Shown here one piece after another: positions 38,501-51,296 of a DNA stretch of 64,000 nucleotides (position 1 is its first letter; each line of letters begins with the position of its first letter). The translations under genes were made by a program, and so were the position numbers. The notes beneath the pieces are model-generated. The model made no database searches, had not been told where the DNA came from, and saw only the letters and a list, made by a program, of their open reading frames with translations. Source of the DNA: Phoronis australis (taxonomy: Eukaryota > Animalia > Phoronida); the NCBI GenBank assembly GCA_002633005.1, contig NMRA01000111.1:544720-608719 (forward strand), in the 5' to 3' direction.

Positions 38501-39931
38501 GTAAATAGTGTGCACATGGGCTCGCTGTTCTTATAAGTATGAGTTTGTGGTTTTTGGTCTTATGCACGACATTGTATTTTCTTTCTGAATGATTCCATGG
38601 TTCATGAGAAATACTCGCATTCAGTGGTTCTTTCGTGGGACGCATTAGAGCAACGTGCAATGTGGTTATAGGTTAGGAAAAATGTCCCGCTGTTGTCCCC
38701 GGGCAGAGTTACGGTTCCGTCTCTCCTCAGGCCACCATCGTCACCACTACTCGGCATGTACCCATGTACCTACCCCCTCCCTTCGAACTAACATCCATTA
38801 CATTCACTGCAGTGCCTCCCCTACTCGTTGTGCGAAACACTTAAGAATGTTCAAGGTAGTCAAACCATATTCAGTAAACATTAGCTTCTATACACGAGAC
38901 TTGCACATGGAGTTTTCGGAGTACACACCACCATAAACCCGTCTTCCATCACAACAAACAACTTTTGATTTCAACAACTTACCGTTACAAAACTGGTCTC
39001 AAATTGCCGCTCAGTCAAATTTGAGGCGATTTCATGGATTTGTAGGGACTTGCAGTTCGTTGTTGTTTGAGATCGGGGCTCGAGGTCCAATCTTTGTTCT
39101 CGAAATTTTAACTCGCCAATCGCCATTGATACTTTTTTCCGTTTTTTGCATTTCCCTTCTCCTTTGATAAGAATTCATGATCAGAATCTATTATTGTGTG
39201 CTCGAATTCATCATGGTTTGCGTGCATGTCAAAACCGAGTTTGCACTTGATGACTCGCGCTTTAAGTGACCGATTTCTATGCTGCTGATGGACCCGTGAA
39301 GTTCGATAAAACGGTACCTGCTAAGTAGGCCTAGTGTATGCGGAACGTTTTTCACCCTCGGATTCCTTACGAAAGGGTGCTCTTTCCAATTTTAATTTGT
39401 ATGAAAGGCATTACTCCACAAAACGCTCCGTTTCACTACAGAACTCTGTGCAAGGAGTGTAGGATTCATTTACAGCTTTTGCTTAAAAAGTATGATTTTT
39501 TATTAAAAATAAGCATTTTGTGAGAGTATGGATCAGGATTTTTCTTGCGGACTCTTTAATAGATTAGTCAGCAGCACACCTCAAATAGTGGAGTGCCTCC
39601 AAAATGAAAAAACGAATAAGTTCCGCAGTGCAAAACGGGGCTACGTTCCGCAGACGCAAAACAAAACTTGCAAACGCCCATGGTCACGCAAATCTTTGCG
39701 AGATAAGTAAAGCATGTAAACAACACAATAGCTCTTCTAGCGAGGAACTTGGGTCTACAGAACGCAGCCCGGGCGAATAGCGTTTTTTCCCTCGCCCTTT
39801 AATGTAAAGGTTTTGTAACTGAAAGAATCATTTTGTCCGTGCTAGCATTACACTAAAGTATGAGCTGAAATCTAAAATTGAGCCGCGTTTTGTACTGAAG
39901 TCAGTCTTGTAAATTCTTTTTTTTCTTTCAG

Positions 39932-40134
39932 ACAAAAGTACGTCAGAACTCACACACGAAAGGAATCGTCTTCTTAAAGAAATAGCGTTGTACAGAGAAC
40001 GGAATGGGAAAATAAAAGACCTTTTCTTTAATCTCGATCACCAGTATCAAGAGTCTAAAGGGGACATGATACCAAAACGTTACGAGGAAATGAAGACGAT
40101 GATAAAAGTTGTAATCAAGAATTCCCATGTGTGA
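39932..40134 (+). CDS. Terminal coding exon of uncharacterised helical protein, paralog B (KSTSELTHERNRLLKEIALYRERNGKIKDLFFNLDHQYQESKGDMIPKRYEEMKTMIKVVIKNSHV*)
   Basis: Strong acceptor ttcttttttttctttcag, then 66 open codons to TGA. 15/53 ungapped identities with paralog A. Absent from the ORF track. Confidence 0.7.
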
Positions 40135-41639
40135 GCTTTCACCTCTTGTGACGAAGTCGAGTTAAATTCTAGCAGTATATAGTCTCCTGGTGTTTAGCAT
40201 CACGGTGTCTCTACGACGCCAAGGAATTTGTTACTTGGTTTGCATACGCGAGTACGCGTTGTTTGATACCACAGCGCGTCTATCACGTTTTTCAAGTGCG
40301 GGATGTGAGAATAAGGTAAACCCGTGGCGTGCGGGGCAACCAAATCGGGACACTAACGACGTTGACTCGCTTCGTTATGTTCCTTTCTTGGCTTCGTAAT
40401 GTTACGATAACACAATTTTTGGATAACTGTGTGACTTTTACTACATAGATTATTACTTCTAGAGTCCTGTATAATTTCTGTTACAGACAGACATCTGCAC
40501 ATTCCTAGGTAGATAAATAGGCACAAGGCCACCTAATTTCCAGTCCTTCAGGAATTGAAGATATGCACTGCGCCGTGAGCGATGACAATAGCACACCACA
40601 GAGACGAGAATTTTGCTCAGTCTGGTTTTAATAGAAAACGTTTTTGCTATGTCAAAAAATCAAGAACAACAAACTTAAAAAAAGATGCGTAACGATCTTC
40701 AAAAACTAACCCCTCTTTCATGGCGTCTTATATGCTCGACATTGTTTTCAACATATCAAGACAATGACGTTGGTTTTGGTGTTTCAAACGTTAAGTTTAA
40801 GGAAAGTGGTCGAGTGACAAGCTCGTTTTGGAAGCTATATGCTACAGTTTCAGTGTCTCTCCGGGCAGTCATGAACTTCCGCACCACTTTGACTTGCAAT
40901 GCTACGACAGCGGCAAAGAGTGTTGGGACTCGTGGATTCTGAAACGACACGGGCAGATTGTTTATGTCACTAAGTTGACGTTTAGTGCAACATCTTGAAT
41001 TTTTGAAGCGATAAAGTTCTATGACCTTCGTTGAGTCTAAAACCGTTGGATGAATTTTGAAAACCCATTGGGTGATTTTTGAAAACCCCTTGGGTGATTT
41101 TTGAAAACCCCTTACAAAGTTTGTTTAAAAATCGACTAGTGTGACTAACATTGGCCGAGTTGATCGAGGACTGGGGCTGAGCTACAGCTTATGTAAACCA
41201 CAGGGTGCATGTTAGCATCCAATGAGATGCGTTTTCGCCGGTGAATAATGATCTCTCAATGCAGCCAGTTATTCTGCTGTCGATGGAGAGAAACTGACAT
41301 AGCATATTGTTTGGTATTCTTTACAGAAATGTTAGTGTTTAAGGTGCACACTTGTTGTAGTAAATACTCGTTAACAGAGAAAAGGCAAAAAATAAAGGAT
41401 ATTACATAGATATTTACATTATGGTATTTTCGAATTGTCATTCACGTTATTTCTCTAAGCACTTGTGCACTTGCCTATAATAATAGTATTCTCGCTAGTG
41501 CTGAAAATGAGACATCACCATTGAACAGATGCTGCACTCGTATTTATGGCAAATCAAACTTCTGGCTGCTTGAAATACTATAAAATGTTGGCGGCGTTGC
41601 TCTGGATGACCAAGACCGCTACTCAGCGTGTTTTGCCGT

Positions 41640-42050
41640 CAAGGTACCTAAACTACACGGTCAACGGACTCATAAACACGACTCACGGACCTGCAAACAC
41701 CGTCCACTGACTCACAAAACACGATCCACGCACCCAAGTACACGGGACACGGACTCATATTCACGAGGAAACACGGTTAACGGACCGCCAAACACGGGTC
41801 ACTGACAAAATGAAGATGTCAAGCTGACCCAGGAAGCCAATGAGTCCGTGACCCGTGTTTGGCGGTCCGTTAACCTTGTTTCCTCATGAATATGAGTCCG
41901 TATCCCGTGTATTTGGGTGCGTGGATCGTGTTTTGGGAGTCCGTTCCCGTGTTTGTGAGTCAGTGGGTGGCGTTTGCAGGTCCGTGAGTCGTGTTCATGC
42001 GTCCGTGCCCGTGTTTATGAGTCCGTTGACCGTGTAGTTTAGGTACCTTA
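41640..42050. mobile_element. Young foldback element with near-perfect arms of about 170-190 bp made of 21-bp units, TSD GCCGT
   Basis: aaggtacctaaactacacggtcaacggactcataaacacg is mirrored exactly at the right end. GCCGT at 41635-41639 and 42051-42055. Confidence 0.85.
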
Positions 42051-42380
42051 GCCGTGTTCTAAGGGAGAATAGGGTCTCGAGTTCTTAGAAGCCTTTGCCC
42101 CCTCCCCCAAATCCGTCTACGTGTAAAAAAGGTCCAGTGTAACTATTTGAACGTGGTTTTGCGAAACAAATTCAAAGTTTCTAAACAGAAACCCTCAGTG
42201 TAGTAGTAAGGAAGTGGCACGGTTTATTAAATGAATCGTACATTTACATGTGCGACCCTGGGAAACGTGGAGATTTGTCACACGTATCTTTTGAGGCATT
42301 TGCATATTTTGAAACTGTCTCGTAAAAATGTTTTTGTTAATTAATTAAACTATCTCTCACCGGATTAAGGCACGATATCC

Positions 42381-42730
42381 GGGCCTCGGTATAATCTCGA
42401 TTCTTGAAATCAAACTCGAAATTATTTTATAGTATTTTTCGTTTTACTTCTGTACGGATTCAAGATAAGTGTCTATTATTCATTGCTCGAGCATAATGTT
42501 GTTTACATGGACAACTGTGTAATTCTATTTTGCACCTGATGGCCCCAACATCAAAAGGCGTAAGTTCGAAATCTGGATTTTTTTGAGTTTTTACTCCAGT
42601 CAAGTGTTGCTCGAATATAGGGGTCGCCATCGTATGTGTAATATACTTAACTAGCAAAGATAATAGTCTTGAGTTCGTATTCAAGGAGAGCCGAAAATCT
42701 CAAATTTCGAGTTCGTTTCCGATTCCAAAG
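42381..42730. mobile_element. Diverged copy of the 61856-62256 MITE family (opposite orientation)
   Basis: caagataagtgtctattattcattgctcgag matches the reverse complement of 62147-62178. Ends in tttcgagttcgtttccg, matching the family TIR. Confidence 0.6.
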
Positions 42731-44367
42731 CTAATTAGTACGACCGAACAACGCTAGAGTCGATTCATAGCAGCCGTGAGGGGGCGCATCCGATTGTAGT
42801 CACTTACAAGAGTCTCCGCATTTTGAGAAACAGTACGGGCATCAAATTGGTTCTCAAAATCCAGAACCCCTAGAAGCGACTATTGCGCTTTCATAAAAGA
42901 GTCTATTGGGATTGGTCAATCCTAAAATTGCGTATGTTCGCAGCTGCCTGTGTCTTCCGGCAGAGGTGGTAACAGAAATAGAATCATGCCACAGCAAGGA
43001 AAATTATTTGAGACCAATTTTGTGAGAGTTAACGAACAATTTTCATTTTCATTTCAGCCAGTTTAACAGAGTGAAATGCATCTTTAAATCACTTCTGGAT
43101 AAACAACGTAGCTCAGTGATATGTAAGCCTACCATTATATGCTACAGGCCCTGCGCTTTTTTGGGGCCCCGCGCTCACAGGATTGTTTTTAGAGGCACCA
43201 ATAACATAAACGTATGATTCAGGTGATCCGAACCCCGGCGATTTGGAAAGTTTACGTTGTGGGCCCTGCCACTTTCAATATTTGTACAAAGATGCGGTGC
43301 CCAACTGGAAACTGACAGCGATGTCCAAAGTATGTGTCGCAGTGCTGCTTAGTCAAAGCGTGATCAGCACCGCGAGCCCCTAAAAGTGCAGAGAATCGTC
43401 AATGAAGGCGCCAGGTATTCATTACATGTTAACTGATTTTTTAATCATACTTGAATTTACAGTTTGGGTTTTTTAAAATGTTAGCGGCAAAATCTGCAAA
43501 AGGTAGCATTTGATAATATAATCAGAATGACTGGCACCGAGCGTCGAGCCTCTGATTAGCTGTTAGTGTGTGAATTATCCTGAAATCGTCATCGACACCT
43601 AACATTACCTGGTGGACACTGTCTCATCACGTAGAACGGAAGCCGTGTCGATATTGCTTTCTTTCTCAAAAGTAAAAATTACATCATTTTGCTTTTGCTT
43701 TGAGTAACAACCCGTCTGCCATTCCCGTCTATACTGAATTCTTGTGTCCCATATATATACTAGGAGATAATTTTAATGACTTTAATAGTCTGAAGATGTG
43801 TCAAAAATCATTTCGTAATGTTTGGCTAATAGCGAACTTCGCCAGTATTTCGGGCAAAGCTGCAGACTATACATGTAACCGTAGGCCTAATACTATATAC
43901 AGTAGAGAAAGAAAACGAAACCGAGCTTACGATGACTTGTGGATCCGGCAATCTCGTTCTAGTTATTGAACCACAGAGATTTTAAACCAGAGGGTTCTCA
44001 GTTGTTATTTTATATTTTCCATGGAACACAAGTCAGCTCATGCAGCTACGGGTTCACTTGAAACAGACAGCTTAGTCAAGTCGCATGTATCTTATCGTTT
44101 GCGGTGGCCCTAAGTGGGTTTTAAAACTTTGTCAAGTCGGTACAGAAATCGTCTCTTCACCTGTTTTCAGATTTTGCTTTGAGATAATCGTTGTATGCGC
44201 ACTTCAGTAGGGTCCTCCCGCAACTGCTTAATCCGACCGTGTTCCTCCACCGACCGTCATGTCCCTTAGCCAGATACTCCTTCTACACACTCAAGAGTCA
44301 AAATCTATTTCTGTCGTGCTCGAATTCGTGGTGTGCACCAGTAGCACGAGCCCATATACCTAACAAC

Positions 44368-44706
44368 GATATGTTTGAGGGGAGTTTGAAACGTCAGAGT
44401 GGAAACCTGGGAGCACTTTCAGTTCAATGAACGCAAAAAAATTAAACTGAAATGAGTTCTGACCGCGATGAGAGCTTTTAGCAATTAGCAGACGAGCATG
44501 GTTTCACTGAGCCTCTTGGGCAGCGCACGTATTATAGTCACAGATAACAGACAATTCCATCATGTTTCGTCTTCCGATTGGTTTTTAAGTACAGCGATGT
44601 ATTCATTAACTAGTCTAAACGTGACTGAGAAGGCCACCACTGTGATATTTGTTTCAAAAGCTTAAATAAGCGCCATTGTTGAATATTCGCTTCACATTAA
44701 TTGCTC
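44368..44706 (+). repeat. Interspersed repeat, with a second copy at about 63423-63756
   Basis: Shared blocks tttgaggggagtttgaaa, gcatggtttcaYtg and gactgagaaggYcaccactgtgatatt...ccattgttgaatattcgc...cattaattgct. Confidence 0.75.
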
Positions 44707-45615
44707 ATTAGTGGGCACCATTGATTAAGCAGCAGGAAGTTTAAAACTGCTTAACCCGAGTCAATACTTGAAGGCAAAAAGCCCACCTAAACAAAATACC
44801 CATCCCAGTTAACAACTTATCTCTAGGACATCCTGTGGGAGAGGCCCCATGTTTTGTATACATTAAGATCAGAGATGCGTTTCCTAGCAATCTTGGAACT
44901 ACTCAGATCACGAAAGTGTTCACGAGTTTTCACAACCTATTACCGGTACAAGCAAAGCAGGGGACCGCACTAGTTTTTCTCTCAAGTGTCTTACATCTAA
45001 GGAACACAGCCCAGATAAAGACAGTGCATCAACAACAGCACACAAACAAGTTTATTATATTACAATTTTATACAAATATGGGCAAAATATAAGGACCAAG
45101 GCTATTTTTAAAGCTAGTATAAAACCACATTCTATGATTCTAACTTATGATTTAGACCACCCACCCAAATAAAACTAGCTCCAGCTTGTTCCTTGCTCAG
45201 AGTAGAAGCAATTTCTGGCTCTAGAGAGGACTGACTAAGCTTGACACCAGGGGGCACCATTATCTTTATTTCAGAGGCAGCAAAAATCCTAGTATGCTAG
45301 CAGAAATATCTAATCTGAGTATGGAACAAGTTGAGACAAGTTTCATAACACCAAGTGGGTAGTAAATCAGATGACTAGTTAGTGTTTTGACAGAAGACGG
45401 ATTGTAGCATAGTTAGTAACAAGTCCTGAACATTGTACATTCTTGACCAGTAATTCTATTATTTCATAGAAAATTTTCACAAATTATTTCCGTAGACATG
45501 CAATGGGCAATTTTTCGATTGTACATATTTTGGAATTGCGATGCCTACCAACTACTGATAGAAAATGTGAACATGTGATAACGATAAATACACACATTAG
45601 TATTAGGGTGAACAA

Positions 45616-45696
45616 TCATGAACCAAATCCACCTTCACACTTCGGAGAGGGCTTTACAACCATGTCTGACTCTTGCCATTGTTTAGGTGTTTTTGC
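45616..45696 (-). CDS. BOLA1: BolA-like protein 1, last exon (AKTPKQWQESDMVVKPSPKCEGGFGS*)
   Basis: Acceptor ttttttag. Contains the AKTPxQW and SPxCxGG motifs typical of BOLA1. Confidence 0.9.
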   Translation of the reverse strand, partial: AKTPKQWQESDMVVKPSPKCEGGFGS

Positions 45697-45929
45697 CTAA
45701 AAAAGAAGAAATGATCAACACTATAGTTATACAATGAGAATCATAATATACAGCATTTTGCAGAACCATTGTTTTATTTGGGAGATTCAACAAAATTTTG
45801 GCTACATCCCATCATTATTCTTCTAAGCTTGATAGGAAATGATGGGTGTATACATCAAACCCATTAACATTGCATGTAATGACAGTGTCACTTAATTAGG
45901 AACACTCCTGCCAATTTTTATAACGTTCC

Positions 45930-46316
45930 TGGAAGTGCTTTAAATTGGCAGATAGAAAGGCAGACCCCAAAAAACGGACTCAAAAATTTAAAAATGCCCA
46001 CTAGATGAAGGAGAATTGTCAAGGCTGTCCAAAAATGAAAACTTCTTTTTCTCTCCTTAATAGAAACCAATTTGCCATAAATTTTCCTGAAAATTCATAC
46101 AAGAGCTCCGAAGATATAAAGGCGAACATATCAAATTAAAATTGCCACTAGGGTGCACAGTAATAGTCATATCAGTCTGAAATTCACCGTCATCTGTCGT
46201 CAGCTCCAAAGGAACACGTGCCAAATTTCATTAAGATCCTCAAGGGATTTAAGAGATACACCGAGACAGAGATGACGAAAACATGCACCACATTTAAATA
46301 TGTGGGCGCATAAAAA
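45930..46316 (+). mobile_element. Helentron/HINE-like element: ~145-bp monomers followed by a terminal palindrome and ATAAAAA
   Basis: Monomers contain gccactag and aaatttYcNtNaa. The end gcaccacat-ttaaat-atgtgggcgc-ataaaaa forms a hairpin. The left limit is approximate. Confidence 0.5.
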
Positions 46317-46680
46317 TGGCAAGGAGTAATGCATTTGTGGTGATTGTGACTATTCAGTATTTGAGCACATTACGGCTATTTTCACTTTTCCGTGGAACAT
46401 CAGAAAAGCATCGATGTGGCACAAATTTGTGCAAGAAACCCGTGTCTTGGTGGACATGACACACTGACGCTGGGTGAGTTCATACGTCACACTCATGTCC
46501 GTGGAGCTGAGGAACTTTTAATTAAAGTCCCCTTTCTTCTATTTTCTCATTTTTGAGATTTTGAATTCACAAGTGCTATAAAGGATGGTTTAATGACACT
46601 TTCAAAGTAACCACTTGTCAAAACAAGGACATGGTGGTTTTAAGTGTACTAAGAATGCAAAGGTAGCACACAGTACTTAC

Positions 46681-46814
46681 TACAATGGACAGAGCATGTA
46701 CTCCACTCGACAGTTCCTCTTCTAATATGGAGTTCACCATACGATGGCGCTTTATGAGAGGCTGGCTCTCAAAGCTGTCTGACACAACTAGCACTTTAAA
46801 ATGAGTTTCAGATC
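46681..46814 (-). CDS. BOLA1: BolA-like protein 1, exon 4 ([45 protein letters not shown])
   Basis: Core BolA motifs ETHF, RHRMVN and GVHAL. AG/GT boundaries are in consistent phase. Confidence 0.95.
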
Positions 46815-48989
46815 CTAGATAAAAGAAGTAAGTCATGAGAAACGAGACAATTAGCAAACTCATAGACACCGAGGCCATGGGTGAACCACAGATATATTTT
46901 ATTATTCTAGTGAAATAGTTGGAAGCTGAAGCAATACAGCTGCAATTTTAATTTTTAAAATCAGTTGAACAATTCATAACTATAGGACACATTTCAACTG
47001 TCAAGGCAACAATGGATAACAAGAACATGAGCCTGACCACACTACTTGTTTCAGGTATCTTATTGAGAAATAAACTATTACAACTGAATTTGACAGAGAA
47101 ACAAATCTTTGGATTCTACCCAGAAAATGTGAATTTCACTCAATACAACTTTCAGAAGAACGAAATATGGGACCCTTTTCACAGAATTCTCTGAGTTTTC
47201 ATGATGCTCTCTTGTTGACCCTTTCCATGAATCACAACCTTTTTGTGAATTAGACTGTTCACAGATACATACCAGGGTACTCACCTGACATGTTACCCCA
47301 CTGATGACCCCTAATTACGAGCTACAAGCTAAAGTAAAACCTCAAGATTTCAAGTAAAAGTTTAAGATTTCAAGTTCAGACTTGAACTTGTACCTTTAAT
47401 GCTGTGGTAATCAAGTGCAAATTAGGGTTAGCAAGTTATCCATGTAAGCCATTATGTACTCAAGCACACAAAAATGCATACTTATCTTGAGTAAAACGGA
47501 CATACATAATTTCAAGTTCACTTTCGAATCCATCTTTCAAGAGAGAAGTTGGGAAAAACACAAGTTTTGTTCACATTGGTGATAATAACTCAGGTATGTA
47601 TTTATTTTCAGATCTACATTTTTGCAAGAATGTATGAAAATACAGCATGAATACAAGAATGTCAATACCTGATCATATCCATAATGAATTTGTGGCGTGT
47701 AACCCTAATACTATTAGCAGCAATGCGCCAGAGTCACCTTAACATATTTGAACAAAGAGGTCTCCAAATATAACTCTAGTCATTTTAGGACACAACAAAA
47801 CAAGTAAACTTCTTGTTTTTTAATTTTTTTTCCATAAATGTGTGCACTAAATAAATGTTTTATCATTATAAGGTCTAGTCCATAACTAGCATCAGACAAT
47901 GTTTTTGACAACTTGTGACCATTCACAACCGTGTTAAATTTTAAGCTGCAAAAAATGAAACATTGACAACGTGGAGTGTTGCCATGCGCTCACCGAGTGC
48001 ATCGCGTACAGTACAACTACAAAGGACCATTGTATTAAACATATCAAGTTTGGAGGATAGGGAGGCGAGCAACAAAGAAATGACACACAGGCAACAAAAT
48101 AGCCACTAGAGGGCACAACATGCCCGTCAAACCTGTCTGAAACGGTCAATAAAAAATAATTGCCGGAAGTCTGGTACACGTTGTACCTGATGTGCGCAGG
48201 CAACTCAAGTGGGCCCAATTCACGGATCACCTGGAATCAAGCTGAGGAGCTAGAGATCTGAATCAAAGGTCCTGCAGTTTGCTCCAGTGGGACTCGGACC
48301 CACGACCTTGAGTAAAAGAAGCCCTACCTCCTCTCTGCTGTCATCTATGTAATGATAAATCATTTACCGAATTTCATGAACATCAATCAAGGAACTTGAT
48401 AGATATCAAGGCAAACACCAAGAAAAACAAAATTGCCACAAGGGGGCTCTGCATCAATTGAATTTGATAAAAATGTGATGACAATCATGATGGCGACAAC
48501 TTGTTCGATTCTATAGCCCAACAACAAGTTGGGAAGTTTACCCCCATAGCCAATATCTTACACGACTGATTAACTCCATTCTGGCATTTATGGTTGGAGG
48601 GCCTGCGCTCTTTTGTTCGATAATTGTTCTAATCTCCAATCAGATCGTATCTAGCCAGACTGGGCTAGGCTGATAAAAATGAAAGATAAGTTAAACATAT
48701 TTGAGCTTAAACCAATAGCATTTCTGAATTCCTTGTCAAATGCTGATCATGTTCCGTTTTTGAATCACCAAAATCGCTCAACTACAACAGAAGTTAAGAC
48801 AATCTGGTCTGTCCAAACAGATTACCAACGCACTGGGTTTGACTGTGTTCATACGCCTTCGGTAATAGCGTGCAACCACCATACATTTCCTTTGAAGCCT
48901 GGGAGATAATTGACCTGCTTGTTATCATACGGGACAAATGACTGAGCTGGGCAGTTAACAAAAGAGCGATGTTATCGCACATTCCGCAC

Positions 48990-49540
48990 CCCTCTGGAAA
49001 AGTTACTGAACAACAGAACGCTGTAATGTGTACTCTCTCCAATAAAAACACATACAGATTTCATGAAGTTTCATCAAGGAAAGTGGTAAATATAAAGTTA
49101 GACAAAAACATAAAATTCCCACTAGAGGCCACCACAGCAGATGGACTTGCCCGAAAATCATCATCAGCAAAGTACTTCCCAGAAGAAACACATACGCCAT
49201 TTTTTAAACTGATCCTTACTAGTGGTTTGCCTGATAGAACAGTGGACGCCAAAAACAGACTCAATAACTTACAATAACAATGGCCACTAGGTGGTGTACA
49301 TTACACGATACCCATGTGAATATGGGAAGGTGTCATCGCCTTTTTAATAGAAACATGTTTACCAAATTTCAAGAAAACCTGTAAATAGGAATTCCAAAGA
49401 CACATCTAGGCAAATGAAAAATAATATTGCCACTATGGAAGAAATAAATATCCACGGGGGTTTTGGACGGACAAGCAGAGGTGATGGCATAATGCCCCCA
49501 TATGTACCTAGCACATAATATTTATGCAGGTGTATAAAAA
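48990..49540 (+). mobile_element. Helentron/HINE-like element (monomers, GGAC micro-repeat, 3' palindrome, ATAAAAA)
   Basis: Monomer blocks at about 49057-49135, 49280 and 49360-49435; ggacggac at 49466; ataatgcccccata...tatgcaggtgtataaaaa at the end. Confidence 0.45.
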
Positions 49541-49568
49541 GGCAATACAGTACTGTGGATTACCATAC

Positions 49569-49671
49569 CTTTGGGGACGCTGTGCATGTAACTTTCATTG
49601 ATAACTTCAATGTGTGACGGTCTGAGCTGTTCAGTCAGTTTCTGAAGAATAGAGGATTCAACTGGCTTCTC
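49569..49671 (-). CDS. BOLA1: BolA-like protein 1, exon 3 (EKPVESSILQKLTEQLRPSHIEVINESYMHSVPK)
   Basis: PVExxIxxKL and NESxMHxVP motifs. Boundaries ttattccag / g|gtatgg. Confidence 0.95.
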
Positions 49672-50510
49672 CTGGAATAAAATAATGTTATAATCGCTAT
49701 CTTACTGCTGACCACTAAACAAATGAGCAATATTCCAAGACCTGATTGTACTGTATTAGGCAACCCACATCTTCCCAAGCCTCAAAAACAATAACGGTAA
49801 ATATATCATTGATACTATTACATTTCTTCACAAGCTTTAGCGTATCTGTGTCCAGTGTTAAATGCTACAAAAGTGAAAGTAGCCAACCATTCTCCCGGAC
49901 TAAATCCACACACGTTTCCACTTTCAGAATTCCTTTCACATGAAAATCGTTTTCCCACAAGTTTAATGAGTTTCCTTTCTCATGCACCACAATAATTAAT
50001 TAAGCACATTAATTTCCTTCTCTCGCAAACCACACTTTATTTCTAATCGACTGTATTCTTTTGTCATAAGCAACTGATCATGCTCGTTCAGTTTATGGAG
50101 ATGCATAAATGTGACTACAAAGATAAACAGACAATCCAAATAAACTATTTATTTAGAAACAGCTAGCTTGGAACAACTTGTGAAGTCAAATAAGGGGAGT
50201 GGTATAAAAATCAAACATCATGGTTGGGGTGCATAGAACCTATAATTGTATCCAATGGATAAATTTGATTGTTGCATGACGTCAAATTAGGATGTCATTG
50301 CTACTGACCAGCATATGACTTTCAAGCAACCAGGTCCTGGAGCGATCGCATGCTAGCTTTCTACGGCCTCGCCAGAGTTTACTGCCACATGTAGTTTGGG
50401 AAGGCAGGTTATGTAGAACAGTTCTGTAGAAATTGTCCTGCAGTTGCTACTCAAATGGGAATCATGCCTAAAATCTGTAAAATTAACAGTCTCAGGACTG
50501 TACATCTCAC

Positions 50511-50605
50511 CTCTTGCGCCAACATCGAGTACCAGATTCCTTGTGACTGTCGATACAACTGTACCTGGTTAAGTCCACGCAGAGGAACCAGAAGTAATCT
50601 CTTGG
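50511..50605 (-). CDS. BOLA1: BolA-like protein 1, exon 2 (AKRLLLVPLRGLNQVQLYRQSQGIWYSMLAQE), probable mitochondrial presequence
   Basis: Acceptor ttcttgttttcag and donor gag|gtgaga. Phases fit both neighbours. Arg/Leu-rich and acid-poor. Confidence 0.75.
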
Positions 50606-51296
50606 CTGAAAACAAGAATAAATGTAAAGGGTACTTCTTGACATTGTGTTGATTCAGTGTCAGCAACATTGCTTGAAATATTCCACATACTCCACTAAGA
50701 TCATAGTGCACTTCGTGTAAATTGGAGATTGCACATCTCCCTATTTGCAAGGTATAACATTTTCACTAAGAGAAAAAATTTACTATATGTACACACAACT
50801 GATCATCTTTGTATGGATGACCTGAGCCAAGAAAAAGAGGTCAACTGGATATGCTAAAAAAATAAGGTTGATATGCAGTAAAATGAGTTTTATACAAAAT
50901 GATACAAGTTAGTGATTGCATGTTTACCCCTACCGAGTAATTAGTGACTCAGTGCACTAATAGACAATGCTCTAGTTGAGAACATTCAGGCTTGCCCTAA
51001 CTTTATGAATGAAGGTTGACGAGTAGCAAAATCTCCACTTGTCTTTTGGGCATGAAGTTTATATAGATAATTGTAAATGCAAGACATCTGGCATTAAAAA
51101 GTATGCCGGTTTGAGAAAAGCAAGGAAATTCTTGGATGGACAGCAACGTCCCTTCAAAGTGGCTTTAAATTAACTTGTGTTCCATCCAAGAAGTGAACAT
51201 TTGATTCAGGCCTATTACAGCTCTAAAATTGGTCCCACCTGTCCTTACTCAAAAGAAATACCTGAGTTGGCCAAGAACCAAGTTTGTTATTGCTTA

